Origin: a virus
Taxonomy: Duplodnaviria; Heunggongvirae; Uroviricota; Caudoviricetes
Length of the DNA stretch: 44,098 nucleotides
Virus record (IMG/VR): IMGVR_UViG_2585427657_000002
Direction: 5' to 3' (one strand)
Shown piece by piece: positions 1 to 10,174 of this stretch. The position numbers and the translations under genes are program-made. The notes below the pieces were generated by a model, which was given only the letters and a program-made list of their open reading frames with translations, made no database searches and was not told the origin of the DNA. The first letter of the stretch is position 1. Each line of letters opens with the position of its first letter.

Positions 1-428
1 CTATGCTGTTTTGATATCTACGATAATCCAGTCTTTACCACGATCATCATTGTATCGGTCGGTCATTTTTCTGGATTTATGACCTAACAACTTTTGCGTA
101 TCCAGACCCTGTTCCCGATATAACCGTTCTGACAGAGATCGCTGCTCATGAAATGTGGGCGCAGTTCCTGGCTCCCATTTTATGCCACATTTTTCCCTGG
201 CCTTTTTAAAAGCCGTTGTAAGAGTATTTGCAGACACCTGGTCTCCTCTGTTTGCTTGAGAGGTAGTGTGACGGTAATGGACCAGATATTTACTAACAAC
301 AGCATCCCTGCACTGAGATATAACTTCACGAAGGGTAATATTCAGAGCATCGCATTTCAGGTTAAGCGGAATAGCAAGTTTTGAACCGGTTTTTTCCTGA
401 GTAATGTGCAACATGTCGTCCCAGATAT
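1..428 (-). pseudogene. int: lambda-type tyrosine integrase, C-terminal ~140 codons only
   Basis: ORF 1..414 (-) carries the catalytic C-terminus of lambda-family Int (...PTFHEQRSLSERLYREQ...LLGHKS...DRYNDDRGKDW); the frame runs upstream straight into the IS911 terminus at 429 and no N-terminal part is present elsewhere. Confidence 0.8.
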
Positions 429-458
429 TGAAGTGGTCAACAAAAACTGGCCACCGAG

Positions 459-1606
<1,148 letters not shown>

Positions 1607-1664
1607 TATGGCACCTGTGTTGTTCTGAGGTGAGCATATCACCTCTGTTCAGGTGGCCAAATTC

Positions 1665-2018
1665 TGGCCACACTCACGTGGGTGGACTGGTATAACAATC
1701 GACGATTGCTGGAAAGGCAGGGCCATACTCCTCCGGCAGAAGCAGAAAAAGCTTATTATGCTTCCATCGGAAACGATGATCTGGCAGCCTGAGTTCACAG
1801 ATAAAACACTCTCCAGGAAACCCGGGGCGGTTCACAGTAAACCACTTCTGGCCACACTCACGTGGGTGGACTGGTATAACAATCGACGATTGCTGGAAAG
1901 GCAGGGCCATACTCCTCCGGCAGAAGCAGAAAAAGCTTATTATGCTTCCATCGGAAACGATGATCTGGCAGCCTGAGTTCACAGATAAAACACTCTCCAG
2001 GAAACCCGGGGCGGTTCA
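1665..2018 (+). repeat. Two tandem copies of a 170-bp IS3-type right-end fragment, separated by 14 bp
   Basis: 1665..1834 and 1849..2018 are identical; each encodes a transposase C-terminus (...LTWVDWYNNRRLLERQGHTPPAEAEKAYYASIGNDDLAA) and ends in ...CCCGGGGCGGTTCA, an IS3-type terminus. Confidence 0.7.
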
Positions 2019-2043
2019 TACAGAGAGCAAAAGAGAAACGCCG

Positions 2044-2625
2044 ATGAACAACTCATGGTGGCAGGAACTAATGCATTTTTTCCTGCAAGGAATGACACTT
2101 AAACAGTTGATTCATATGCTAATCATCCTGATCATATTGATTATTGTTATGCCGGTAAGCGTAAAAGAATGGATAAACCTGCATAGTCCAGAAATCCTTC
2201 CTCATTACTGGATGTATTACATCCTGTTGTTTTGCGTTAGCTATGTGCTTAACGGCGTTGTTAATTCCGCTTATCACGCTGTGACTGAAAGAATTGAGGT
2301 ATTCGCTGCTCAGAAGCGCAAATCTAAAGAAGAAAAATATGTGCAAGATTTGTTTGATTCGTTAACTCTTGGAGAAAGAGCGTATTTGGCATTCGCTGTA
2401 GCCGCTAATAACCAGCTACAAACGGAAAAGGGCGCTCATGAATCAATTTCATTGCTCAAAAAAGGACTCCTCGTTCGAAGGCCTCCTGCTGTTGGATATC
2501 CTGATACCGACCGTTTCGTTATCCCTGAAAGCTATAGACATGAGTGCTACATTAGGTTTGCCGGGAAGGCAGACAGCCTTATGGATGAACTTATCGCTCA
2601 GGATAAGCATGGCAAAAACAAGTAA
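2044..2625 (+). CDS. sieB: superinfection exclusion protein B
   Basis: Starts MNNSWWQELMHFFLQGMTLKQLIHMLIILIILIIVMPVSVKEW...; N-terminal membrane helices then soluble domain; convergent with N as in lambda. ORF-track start 1942 is read-through from the IS fragment. Confidence 0.7.
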   Translation: MNNSWWQELMHFFLQGMTLKQLIHMLIILIILIIVMPVSVKEWINLHSPEILPHYWMYYILLFCVSYVLNGVVNSAYHAVTERIEVFAAQKRKSKEEKYVQDLFDSLTLGERAYLAFAVAANNQLQTEKGAHESISLLKKGLLVRRPPAVGYPDTDRFVIPESYRHECYIRFAGKADSLMDELIAQDKHGKNK

Positions 2626-2641
2626 TTAGCAAATGAATTTA

Positions 2642-2914
2642 TCATCTCGCCGTCAGTTGTTTTGATTTCCGGTAGCCTGCCGCGTAAAGAGCTACGTTCG
2701 GAAGACAAGTTGAACCTTCATATTTTCTGGTCAACGTTGTCAGAGTTATCACTTCTGCTCTCATTGCTGGTTTGAGCTTGCATTGCAAGACCACTCGTGA
2801 AGGGGTTGGCCTGTGTAGCTTGTCGGAGCTGATCGCCTCCTGACTTTGCAGATTTGCGCGACGAGCTCTACGGCGAGAAGCTGCGGTGCCTTTAAATTCT
2901 GTTTTTCTGGACAT
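2642..2914 (-). CDS. N: N-type transcription antiterminator (arginine-rich motif protein)
   Basis: 90-aa product from ATG at 2914 with strong upstream GGGAGGAA; N-terminal arginine-rich motif MSRKTEFKGTAASRRRARRANLQ; first leftward gene beyond the presumed pL region. Confidence 0.6.
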   Translation of the reverse strand: MSRKTEFKGTAASRRRARRANLQSQEAISSDKLHRPTPSRVVLQCKLKPAMRAEVITLTTLTRKYEGSTCLPNVALYAAGYRKSKQLTAR

Positions 2915-3099
2915 GGATTCCTCCCGAATAAACTTTGGCGATGCAATCTCGAAGCTCCTCCTGAGACGGTTGCTTCGGCATTGCATCCCACAGCTTATGT
3001 GGTTGGGTGATCTGGCTTTTCAGCCACGTAGTCGAGAGTCGACGTTGTTTAAAGAGCCTGCCAGTCTGTTCCATTTGGCTTCCAGCGTCCTGCTGACGG

Positions 3100-3320
3100 T
3101 TAAATAGTACGATATGTACTTTACAAGATCAATACAATTTGTTGTAAGTTGGCGTGGTTTTTTATAACGCTTTGTATTTAATAGTGTTGTTTTTTAGCGT
3201 GGATGTATTGCCTCGGCGATGTAAGGAGAGATCAGAATTGCGTGGTTTAGTGGGTTGCATCTATTTATTTTTCAATAAATATAATTGGTTATGTGTTTTT
3301 AGGTGGGCGAACGTGAGGCA
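3100..3320 (-). promoter_or_regulatory. Putative pL / oL operator region, with nutL expected between it and N
   Basis: AT-rich intergenic block between the cI-operon terminator and N; contains TGTACTTTACAAG and TTACAA...TTGTAA motifs resembling motifs in the cI-cro intergenic region. Exact operators not resolved. Confidence 0.3.
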
Positions 3321-3324
3321 AAGA

Positions 3325-3348
3325 AAACCCGGCGCTGAGGCCGGGTTG
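3325..3348 (-). terminator. Intrinsic terminator ending the cI operon
   Basis: Minus-strand hairpin CCCGGCCTCAGCGCCGGG followed by TTTTCTTT, immediately after the stop of the 250-aa gene. Confidence 0.6.
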
Positions 3349-3350
3349 TA

Positions 3351-4103
3351 TTATGCTGCAAGTCTCTTAACCCAAGTCTCTCTTTTGGAGAATGGTAGAA
3401 CTTGGCTTGATTCATGGAAGAGTAAGGAGAGTTGTTGCATTTGATCACCAATTGCTTCGCTGTCTATAACAACAAATCTGTTGTTATACTCCTCACTTGA
3501 AGCTTTAAGATCAATTAGTTTCCCAAGCAATGAGTAAGCACTATTCCAGCTTCCTCCGTGTTTCACGCTTGATGTAAAAACGTATTTAGGTATGTCGGTT
3601 TTTATTGTTACAGGGACGGTAATTTGATGTCCACTCAAGCCATATACGTTTTCACGAAGAGAAAGTGCGTCTCTAAGCTCTGTGTGATATAGATAATCAA
3701 TAACCATACTTTCAAACTTTTCAGCTTGAACTGGCTGATACCAGTCTAACGACAAAGTTGATGCGAGTATACCAGCTCTAATTATGTTCGATGTAATCGC
3801 ACCGACATCCTTTTCTGTTGCCCAAGCAATGATTTCTCCTCGAGCATTGAGTTCTGCGCCTTCTTTAAGCAGTAATTGTCGTATCTCATCAAGTCGTTTT
3901 TTGGTAAGCGAGATCCCTCTTGCCTCCATATTCATTAAGGCATCGCATCTGTCACTAACTAAATACCTACCATTGACTTCACGGATAAAGGCACCGACAT
4001 GCTCTCCATCATCACAGTAAGTGAATGGACTGATAATTCTCAAGGTCTTGCCTATTGGATGGCATTCGAAACCTAGTTGTGAGATCACTGTTGAGCACAT
4101 CAT
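3351..4103 (-). CDS. Hypothetical protein (250 aa), distal gene of cI-linked two-gene operon
   Basis: ATG ATG start overlaps the stop of the upstream 185-aa gene by 4 nt; no transmembrane segment or motif I can assign; followed by terminator. Confidence 0.7.
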   Translation of the reverse strand: MMCSTVISQLGFECHPIGKTLRIISPFTYCDDGEHVGAFIREVNGRYLVSDRCDALMNMEARGISLTKKRLDEIRQLLLKEGAELNARGEIIAWATEKDVGAITSNIIRAGILASTLSLDWYQPVQAEKFESMVIDYLYHTELRDALSLRENVYGLSGHQITVPVTIKTDIPKYVFTSSVKHGGSWNSAYSLLGKLIDLKASSEEYNNRFVVIDSEAIGDQMQQLSLLFHESSQVLPFSKRETWVKRLAA

Positions 4104-4657
4104 ATTCCAAACCCCATTTGCCCCGACTCATCTTCAAGCGGTAAAGGTATTCTCCCAGAGTAAGTTATGTTCAGATGTTTACAGAAGTAATTCCAATACC
4201 CTACCAGGTCATCTGGGTTTATGTCATCTTCGATTGGAAACGCTATTCTATCACTATAGTATCCAGCTTCTTCATAGTATACATGGTAGTGAGCACCGTA
4301 AATGATATCTTGGTACTTCGGATGATCGACCTTGTAACTATTCGTGTGTTTGTCAAAGTGATAGGTATCTACCGCGAAAACCCTCTTGTTATGATAGAAA
4401 GCAATAATATTTATTTTAGGGTAAGAAATCGGGTCATCAGGTTCTGAATCCTGATCTGGTTTCCATTTCAGTTCAAACTTTAGCCCTTGTATAGGTATAC
4501 AATCCTCATCCAAGGGGATGATATGGGCTTGTAGCCACATATCAGAGCGACTTGGTTTCTGTTTCCATTTAACGCCAGAAAAGTTAACTATTTTTTTACA
4601 ATAAAGTACTTTATCAACTTCTACTTGGCTTGGCTGATAATCATCTATTTTTGCCAA
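4100..4657 (-). CDS. Hypothetical acidic Tyr/Asp-rich protein (185 aa), proximal gene of cI-linked operon
   Basis: ORF begins at a TTG codon 40 nt downstream of the cI stop (in-frame stop two codons upstream, so no longer extension is possible); only alternative start is an ATG at codon 40. Confidence 0.6.
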   Translation of the reverse strand: MAKIDDYQPSQVEVDKVLYCKKIVNFSGVKWKQKPSRSDMWLQAHIIPLDEDCIPIQGLKFELKWKPDQDSEPDDPISYPKINIIAFYHNKRVFAVDTYHFDKHTNSYKVDHPKYQDIIYGAHYHVYYEEAGYYSDRIAFPIEDDINPDDLVGYWNYFCKHLNITYSGRIPLPLEDESGQMGFGI

Positions 4658-4696
4658 TGTTTACCGCCCTGTAAATTGTAGATAAAAGTGGTTTCA

Positions 4697-5362
<666 letters not shown>

Positions 5363-5404
5363 GTCCTTATTATTACGCTCTGTACTGGAACCATCCATGC
5401 ACAA

Positions 5405-5474
5405 TGTGTATTTTTACTTGTATTCGCAAAGTACATATTGTATTTTTTTTATTCGTGTTTACTATGGAGGGCAT
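5405..5474. promoter_or_regulatory. Putative oR operators with divergent pRM / pR
   Basis: 70-bp AT-rich divergent intergenic region between cI and cro with repeated TGTA/TACA half-site-like motifs (e.g. CTTGTATTCGCAAAGTACA). Confidence 0.4.
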
Positions 5475-5690
5475 ATGAGCAACCTACGAAAATATCGAGA
5501 GTCACTGAATATCTCTCAAACAACACTTGCTAAGGCAGTTGGATGCACACAGGGAGCTATCGGACATTGGGAATCTGGTCGTCGCTTCCCAGACCTTAAA
5601 ACATGCCGTGCTCTTGTTGCGTGCCTAAACAAGTTAGGCGCAAAAGTCAGTCTTGATGACGTGTTCCCGCCGGAACACAAAGCCGCTTAA
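5475..5690 (+). CDS. cro: Cro-like HTH regulator (XRE family)
   Basis: 71 aa from ATG 5475 preceded by GGAGG; HTH segment ISQTTLAKAVGCTQGAIGHWESG; divergent from cI. Confidence 0.75.
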   Translation: MSNLRKYRESLNISQTTLAKAVGCTQGAIGHWESGRRFPDLKTCRALVACLNKLGAKVSLDDVFPPEHKAA

Positions 5691-5707
5691 TAAGCGGATC
5701 CGCTCTT

Positions 5708-5758
5708 TGTAACAACGGACATTCGTCCTACGTCGCTGAAAAGCGAGTTCCAAGATAT
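5708..5758 (+). promoter_or_regulatory. Candidate nutR / tR1 region
   Basis: boxA-like CGCTCTTTG at 5710..5718 and a short hairpin TCGCTGAAAAGCGA downstream; spacing is longer than in lambda nutR, so assignment is tentative. Confidence 0.3.
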
Positions 5759-5831
5759 CTGACCAACTAAGGCCATATGCGTTTCCACGCATACCTTTCA
5801 ACTAACTATTCACTATTGGAAATCTTAAGAA

Positions 5832-6128
5832 ATGGAAAGAACAAGTTACAGCAAACTATCACAGCGTGACGTTGATCGCGCAGAAACAGATTTACTTATC
5901 AATCTGTCAGCTATTACCCAGCGCGGTCTGGCAAAGATGATTGGCTGTCATGAATCGAAGATAAGCAGAACGGACTGGAGATTTATTGCTTCGGTCTTGT
6001 GTGCTTTCGGAATGGCATCAGACATCAGTCCGATTAGCAGGGCTTTTAAGTATGCGCTTGATGGACTCACCAATAAAAAACGCCCGGCGGCAACCGAGCG
6101 TTCTGAACAAATCCAGATGGAATTCTGA
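5832..6128 (+). CDS. cII: cII transcriptional activator
   Basis: C-terminus ...LTNKKRPAATERSEQIQMEF matches lambda cII as recalled; N-terminal two-thirds differ. Confidence 0.8.
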   Translation: MERTSYSKLSQRDVDRAETDLLINLSAITQRGLAKMIGCHESKISRTDWRFIASVLCAFGMASDISPISRAFKYALDGLTNKKRPAATERSEQIQMEF

Positions 6129-6160
6129 GGTCATTACTGGATCAATCCACAGGAGTCATT

Positions 6161-7060
6161 ATGACAAATACAGCAAAAATACTCAACTTCTGCAGAGGTA
6201 ACTTTGCCAAACAGGAGCGTAATGTGGCAGATCTCGATGATGGTTACGCCAGACTATCAAATATGCTGCTTGAGGCTTATTCAGGCGCAGATCTGACCAA
6301 GCGACAGTTTAAAGTGCTGCTTGCCATTCTGCGTAAAACCTATGGATGGAATAAACCAATGGACAGAATCACCGATTCTCAACTTAGCGAGATTACAAAG
6401 TTACCCGTCAAACGGTGCAATGAAGCCAAGTTAGAACTCGTCAGAATGAATATTATCAAGCAGCAAGGCGGCATGTTTGGACCAAATAAAAACATCTCAG
6501 AATGGTGTATCCCTCAAAACGAGGGAAAATCCCCTAAAACGAGGGATAAAACATCCCTCAAATTGGGGGATTGCTATCCCTCAAAACAGGGGGACACAAA
6601 AGACACTATTACAAAAGAAAAAAGAAAAGATTATTCGTCAGAGAATTCTGGCGAATCCTCTGACCAGCCAGAAAACGACCTTTCTGTGGTGAAACCGGAT
6701 GCTGCAATTCAGAGCGGCAGCAAGTGGGGGACAGCAGAAGACCTGACCGCCGCAGAATGGATGTTTGACATGGTGAAGACCATCGCGCCATCAGCCAGAA
6801 AACCGAATTTTGCAGGGTGGGCTAACGATATCCGCCTGATGCGTGAACGTGACGGACGTAACCATCGCGACATGTGTGTACTGTTCCGCTGGGCATGCCA
6901 GGACAACTTCTGGTCCGGTAACGTGCTGAGCCCGGCCAAACTCCGCGACAAGTGGACCCAGCTCGAAATCAACCGTAACAAGCAACAGGCAGGTGTGACA
7001 GCCTGCAAACCAAAACTCGACCTGACAAACACTGACTGGATTTACGGGGTGGATTTATGA
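6161..7060 (+). CDS. O: Replication initiator O
   Basis: Starts MTNTAKILNFCRGNFAKQERNVADLDDGYARLSNMLLEAYSGADLTKRQFKVLLAILRKTYGWNKP...; lambda O architecture with internal origin iterons. Confidence 0.95.
   Translation: MTNTAKILNFCRGNFAKQERNVADLDDGYARLSNMLLEAYSGADLTKRQFKVLLAILRKTYGWNKPMDRITDSQLSEITKLPVKRCNEAKLELVRMNIIKQQGGMFGPNKNISEWCIPQNEGKSPKTRDKTSLKLGDCYPSKQGDTKDTITKEKRKDYSSENSGESSDQPENDLSVVKPDAAIQSGSKWGTAEDLTAAEWMFDMVKTIAPSARKPNFAGWANDIRLMRERDGRNHRDMCVLFRWACQDNFWSGNVLSPAKLRDKWTQLEINRNKQQAGVTACKPKLDLTNTDWIYGVDL
6509..6640 (+). repeat. ori-lambda-type origin: four ~18-bp iterons plus A+T-rich region inside O
   Basis: Four repeats of the ATCCCTCAAAACGAGGGA type (6509..6594) followed by an AT-rich run (CACAAAAGACACTATTACAAAAGAAAAAAGAAAAG). 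Confidence 0.8.
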
Positions 7061-7758
7061 AAAACATCGCCGCACAGATGGTTAATTTTGACCGTGAGCA
7101 GATGCGTCGGATCGCCAACAACATGCCGGAACAGTACGACGAAAAGCCGCAGGTACAGCAGGTAGCGCAGATCATCAACGGTGTGTTCAGCCAGTTACTG
7201 GCAACTTTCCCGGCGAGTCTGGCTAACCGTGACCAGAACGAACTGAACGAAATCCGCCGCCAGTGGGTTCTGGCTTTCCGGGAAAACGGGATCACCACAA
7301 TGGAACAGGTTAACGCAGGAATGCGCGTAGCCCGTCGGCAGAATCGACCATTTCTGCCATCACCCGGGCAGTTTGTTGCATGGTGCCGGGAAGAAGCATC
7401 CGTTATCGCCGGACTGCCAAACGTCAGCGAGCTGGTTGATATGGTTTACGAGTATTGCCGGAAGCGAGGCCTGTATCCGGATGCAGAGTCTTATCCGTGG
7501 AAATCGAACGCGCACTACTGGCTGGTTACCAACCTGTACCAGAACATGCGGGCCAATGCGCTGACTGACGCGGAATTACGACGCAAGGCTGCCGATGAAC
7601 TGACCTGTATGACAGCGCGAATTAACCGTGGTGAGACGATACCTGAACCAGTAAAACAACTTCCTGTCATGGGCGGCAGACCTCTAAATCGTGTTCAGGC
7701 GCTGGCGAAGATCGCAGAAATTAAAGCTAAGTTAGGACTGAAAGGAGCAAGTGTATGA
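7057..7758 (+). CDS. P: Replication protein P (DnaB helicase loader)
   Basis: 233 aa, starts MKNIAAQMVNFDREQMRRIANNMPEQYDEKPQVQQVAQIINGVF...; overlaps O stop. Confidence 0.95.
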   Translation: MKNIAAQMVNFDREQMRRIANNMPEQYDEKPQVQQVAQIINGVFSQLLATFPASLANRDQNELNEIRRQWVLAFRENGITTMEQVNAGMRVARRQNRPFLPSPGQFVAWCREEASVIAGLPNVSELVDMVYEYCRKRGLYPDAESYPWKSNAHYWLVTNLYQNMRANALTDAELRRKAADELTCMTARINRGETIPEPVKQLPVMGGRPLNRVQALAKIAEIKAKLGLKGASV

Positions 7759-8045
7759 CGGGCAAAGAGGCAATTATTCATTACCTGGGGACGCATAATA
7801 GCTTCTGTGCGCCGGACGTTGCCGCGCTAACAGGCGCAACAGTAACCAGCATAAATCAGGCCGCGGCTAAAATGGCACGGGCAGGTCTTCTGGTTATCGA
7901 AGGTAAGGTCTGGCGAACGGTGTATTACCGGTTTGCTACCAAGGAAGAACGGGAAGGAAAGATGAGCACGAACCTGATTTTTAAGGAGTGTCGCCAGAGT
8001 GCCACGATGAAACGGATATTGGCGGTATATGGAGTTAAAAGATGA
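7755..8045 (+). CDS. ren: Ren
   Basis: 96 aa, starts MTGKEAIIHYLGTHNSFCAPDVAALTGATVTSINQAAAKMARAGLL...; overlaps P stop. Confidence 0.85.
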   Translation: MTGKEAIIHYLGTHNSFCAPDVAALTGATVTSINQAAAKMARAGLLVIEGKVWRTVYYRFATKEEREGKMSTNLIFKECRQSATMKRILAVYGVKR

Positions 8046-8070
8046 CCATCTACATCACTGAGCTAATAAC

Positions 8071-8108
8071 AGGCCTGCAGGTCAGGTAATCGCAGGCCTT
8101 TTTATTTG
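8071..8108 (+). terminator. Intrinsic terminator (tR2 position)
   Basis: Hairpin AGGCCTGC...GCAGGCCT followed by TTTTTATTT between ren and ninB. Confidence 0.6.
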
Positions 8109-8123
8109 GGGGAGAGGGAAGTC

Positions 8124-8564
8124 ATGAAAAAACTAACCTTTGAAATTCGATCTCCGGCACATCAGCAAAACGCTATTCACGCAGTACAGCAAATCCTTCC
8201 AGACCCAACCAAACCAATCGTAGTAACCATTCAGGAACGCAACCGCAGCTTAGACCAAAACAGGAAGCTATGGGCCTGCTTAGGTGACGTCTCTCGTCAG
8301 GTTGAATGGCATGGTCGCTGGCTGGATGCAGAAAGCTGGAAGTGTGTGTTTACCGCAGCATTAAAGCAGCAGGATGTTGTTCCTAACCTTGCCGGGAATG
8401 GCTTTGTGGTAATAGGCCAGTCAACCAGCAGGATGCGTGTAAGCGAATTTGCGGAGCTATTAGAGCTTATACAGGCATTCGGTACAGAGCGTGGCGTTAA
8501 GTGGTCAGACGAAGCGCGACTGGCTCTCGAATGGAAAGCGCGATGGGGAGATCGGGCTGCATGA
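8124..8564 (+). CDS. ninB: NinB (Orf recombination mediator)
   Basis: Starts MKKLTFEIRSPAHQQNAIHAVQQILPDPTKPIVVTIQERNRSLDQNRKLWACLGDVSRQVEWHGRWLD... Confidence 0.9.
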   Translation: MKKLTFEIRSPAHQQNAIHAVQQILPDPTKPIVVTIQERNRSLDQNRKLWACLGDVSRQVEWHGRWLDAESWKCVFTAALKQQDVVPNLAGNGFVVIGQSTSRMRVSEFAELLELIQAFGTERGVKWSDEARLALEWKARWGDRAA

Positions 8565-9088
8565 CTATCAAATCAAATACGCCAGCACACGACAAGGACT
8601 GCTGGCAAACGCCGCTTTGGCTTTTTGATGCACTGGATATTGAGTTTGGATTCTGGCTGGATTCGGCAGCGAGCGACAAAAATGCTCTGTGCGCTCACTG
8701 GCTAACTGAGGACGACGACGCGCTCAATTCTGAGTGGGTAAGCCACGGTGCAATCTGGAATAACCCACCGTACAGCAATATCAGGCCGTGGGTGGAAAAA
8801 GCCGCTGAGCAGTGTATACAACAGCGACAGACGGTAGTGATGCTTGTGCCAGAGGATATGTCTGTCGGATGGTTCAGCAAGGCTCTGGAGAGTGTTGACG
8901 AAGTTCGTATTATCACTGATGGACGGATTAATTTTATCGAACCATCGACAGGGCTGGAGAAGAAGGGAAACAGCAAAGGCTCCATGCTGCTGATTTGGCG
9001 ACCGTTCATCAGTCCTCGACGGATGTTTACTACCGTATCCAAAGCGGCATTGATGGCGATCGGGCAGGGCGTCAGGAGGGCTGCATGA
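8561..9088 (+). CDS. Phage N6-adenine DNA methyltransferase (Dam-like)
   Basis: 175 aa with DxxCWQTPxWLF and NPPY motifs ([13 protein letters not shown]); ATGA overlap with ninB stop; sits where lambda carries ninC. Confidence 0.8.
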   Translation: MTIKSNTPAHDKDCWQTPLWLFDALDIEFGFWLDSAASDKNALCAHWLTEDDDALNSEWVSHGAIWNNPPYSNIRPWVEKAAEQCIQQRQTVVMLVPEDMSVGWFSKALESVDEVRIITDGRINFIEPSTGLEKKGNSKGSMLLIWRPFISPRRMFTTVSKAALMAIGQGVRRAA

Positions 9089-9261
9089 GACGACAGCGAC
9101 GAAGCATCACCGACATAATCTGCGAAAACTGCAAATACCTTCCAACGAAACGCTCCAGAAATAAACGCAAGCTAATCCCAAAAGAATCTGACGTAAAAAC
9201 CTTCAATTACACAGCCCACCTGTGGGATATCCGGTGGCTAAGATATCGTGCGAGGAAATGA
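9085..9261 (+). CDS. ninE: NinE
   Basis: 58 aa, [58 protein letters not shown]; ATGA overlap with upstream gene. Confidence 0.8.
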   Translation: MRRQRRSITDIICENCKYLPTKRSRNKRKLIPKESDVKTFNYTAHLWDIRWLRYRARK

Positions 9262-9605
9262 CAATGGATTATTCACAGTTAAGTGATTTTGAAATTAACA
9301 GAATGGTAGGAGACATAATTTTTAAAGGCCTTTGGGCAAGTAAACCGGAAACATCAGGGAATAACACCAACAAATGGTATTACGGAAATGCTGATACAAC
9401 TTTTGAGCCATTAAATCATTTGCCTGACTACTGCAATGATCCGAGCGCTTCATGGCCGATTATTGAGAAATACAGGATTTCTATCTTAGACCAGTTAACT
9501 GAATGGTGTGTGGATGCAAAAGGCGTAAGCCCAATATTTGATACCAGACCTCTCCGCGCCGCCATGATTGTCTTTCTCCTGATGCAGGAGGCCAATAATG
9601 CTTAG
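9258..9605 (+). CDS. Hypothetical nin-region protein
   Basis: 115 aa from [26 protein letters not shown]...; translationally coupled (ATGA) to ninE; no function assignable. Confidence 0.55.
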   Translation: MTMDYSQLSDFEINRMVGDIIFKGLWASKPETSGNNTNKWYYGNADTTFEPLNHLPDYCNDPSASWPIIEKYRISILDQLTEWCVDAKGVSPIFDTRPLRAAMIVFLLMQEANNA

Positions 9606-9792
9606 CCCATCTCAATCCCTTCAATACCTGAAAGAAAGCATAGAGCGGGCTTCAATGTGCACAGAGTGGATTCTATCTAGGTTTAGCGCATACAGAAGAT
9701 TGCCGGTAAAGGGCATGCCAAGCAAGTCGATGCTGCATATGCAAAAGAATGCGCGCTGGAAGGTATGGCGAGAACACAGGTTATGTGGCTGA
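9598..9792 (+). CDS. NinF-like small protein
   Basis: N-terminus [10 protein letters not shown] resembles lambda NinF as recalled; the rest diverges. Confidence 0.35.
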   Translation: MLSPSQSLQYLKESIERASMCTEWILSRFSAYRRLPVKGMPSKSMLHMQKNARWKVWREHRLCG

Positions 9793-9811
9793 AAGAGGGG
9801 GTTATTAAGGC

Positions 9812-10174
9812 GTGAATACCTACAGCATCACATTACCCTGGCCTCCGAGCAATAATCGCTATTACCGCCATAATCGCGGGCGCACGCACGTCAGCGCAGA
9901 GGGGCAGGCATACCGCGATAACGTCGCCCGAATCATTAAAAACGCAATGCTGGATATCGGCCTGGCTATGCCTGTGAAAATCCGCATTGAGTGCCACATG
10001 CCGGATCGCCGTCGCCGTGACCTGGATAATCTGCAAAAAGCCGCTTTTGACGCACTCACTAAAGCAGGTTTCTGGCTGGATGATGCTCAGGTCGTTGATT
10101 ACCGCGTTGTGAAGATGCCTGTTACCAAAGGTGGGAGGCTGGAACTGACCATCACCGAAATGGGGAATGAATGA
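9812..10174 (+). CDS. rusA: RusA Holliday-junction resolvase
   Basis: 120 aa from a GTG start, [46 protein letters not shown]...; catalytic Asp-rich core ([25 protein letters not shown]). Confidence 0.9.
   Translation: MNTYSITLPWPPSNNRYYRHNRGRTHVSAEGQAYRDNVARIIKNAMLDIGLAMPVKIRIECHMPDRRRRDLDNLQKAAFDALTKAGFWLDDAQVVDYRVVKMPVTKGGRLELTITEMGNE

Noticed and set aside
1653-2043. ORFs 1653..1976 and the 5' extension of ORF 1942..2625
   Set aside because: They are read-through of the duplicated IS3-type transposase 3' fragment, not independent genes; the real sieB start is the ATG at 2044.
3784-4447. Plus-strand ORFs (78-94 aa) opposite the two cI-linked genes
   Set aside because: Overlap the better-supported minus-strand operon; no RBS and low-complexity products.
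3351-4657. Possibility that the cI-adjacent pair is rexA/rexB
   Set aside because: Sizes (185 and 250 aa) and features do not fit; RexB is a multi-pass membrane protein and neither product here has transmembrane segments.
6509-6594. Short direct repeats that could be mistaken for a CRISPR array
   Set aside because: Only four ~18-bp iterons with near-zero spacers, inside the O gene; this is the replication origin.
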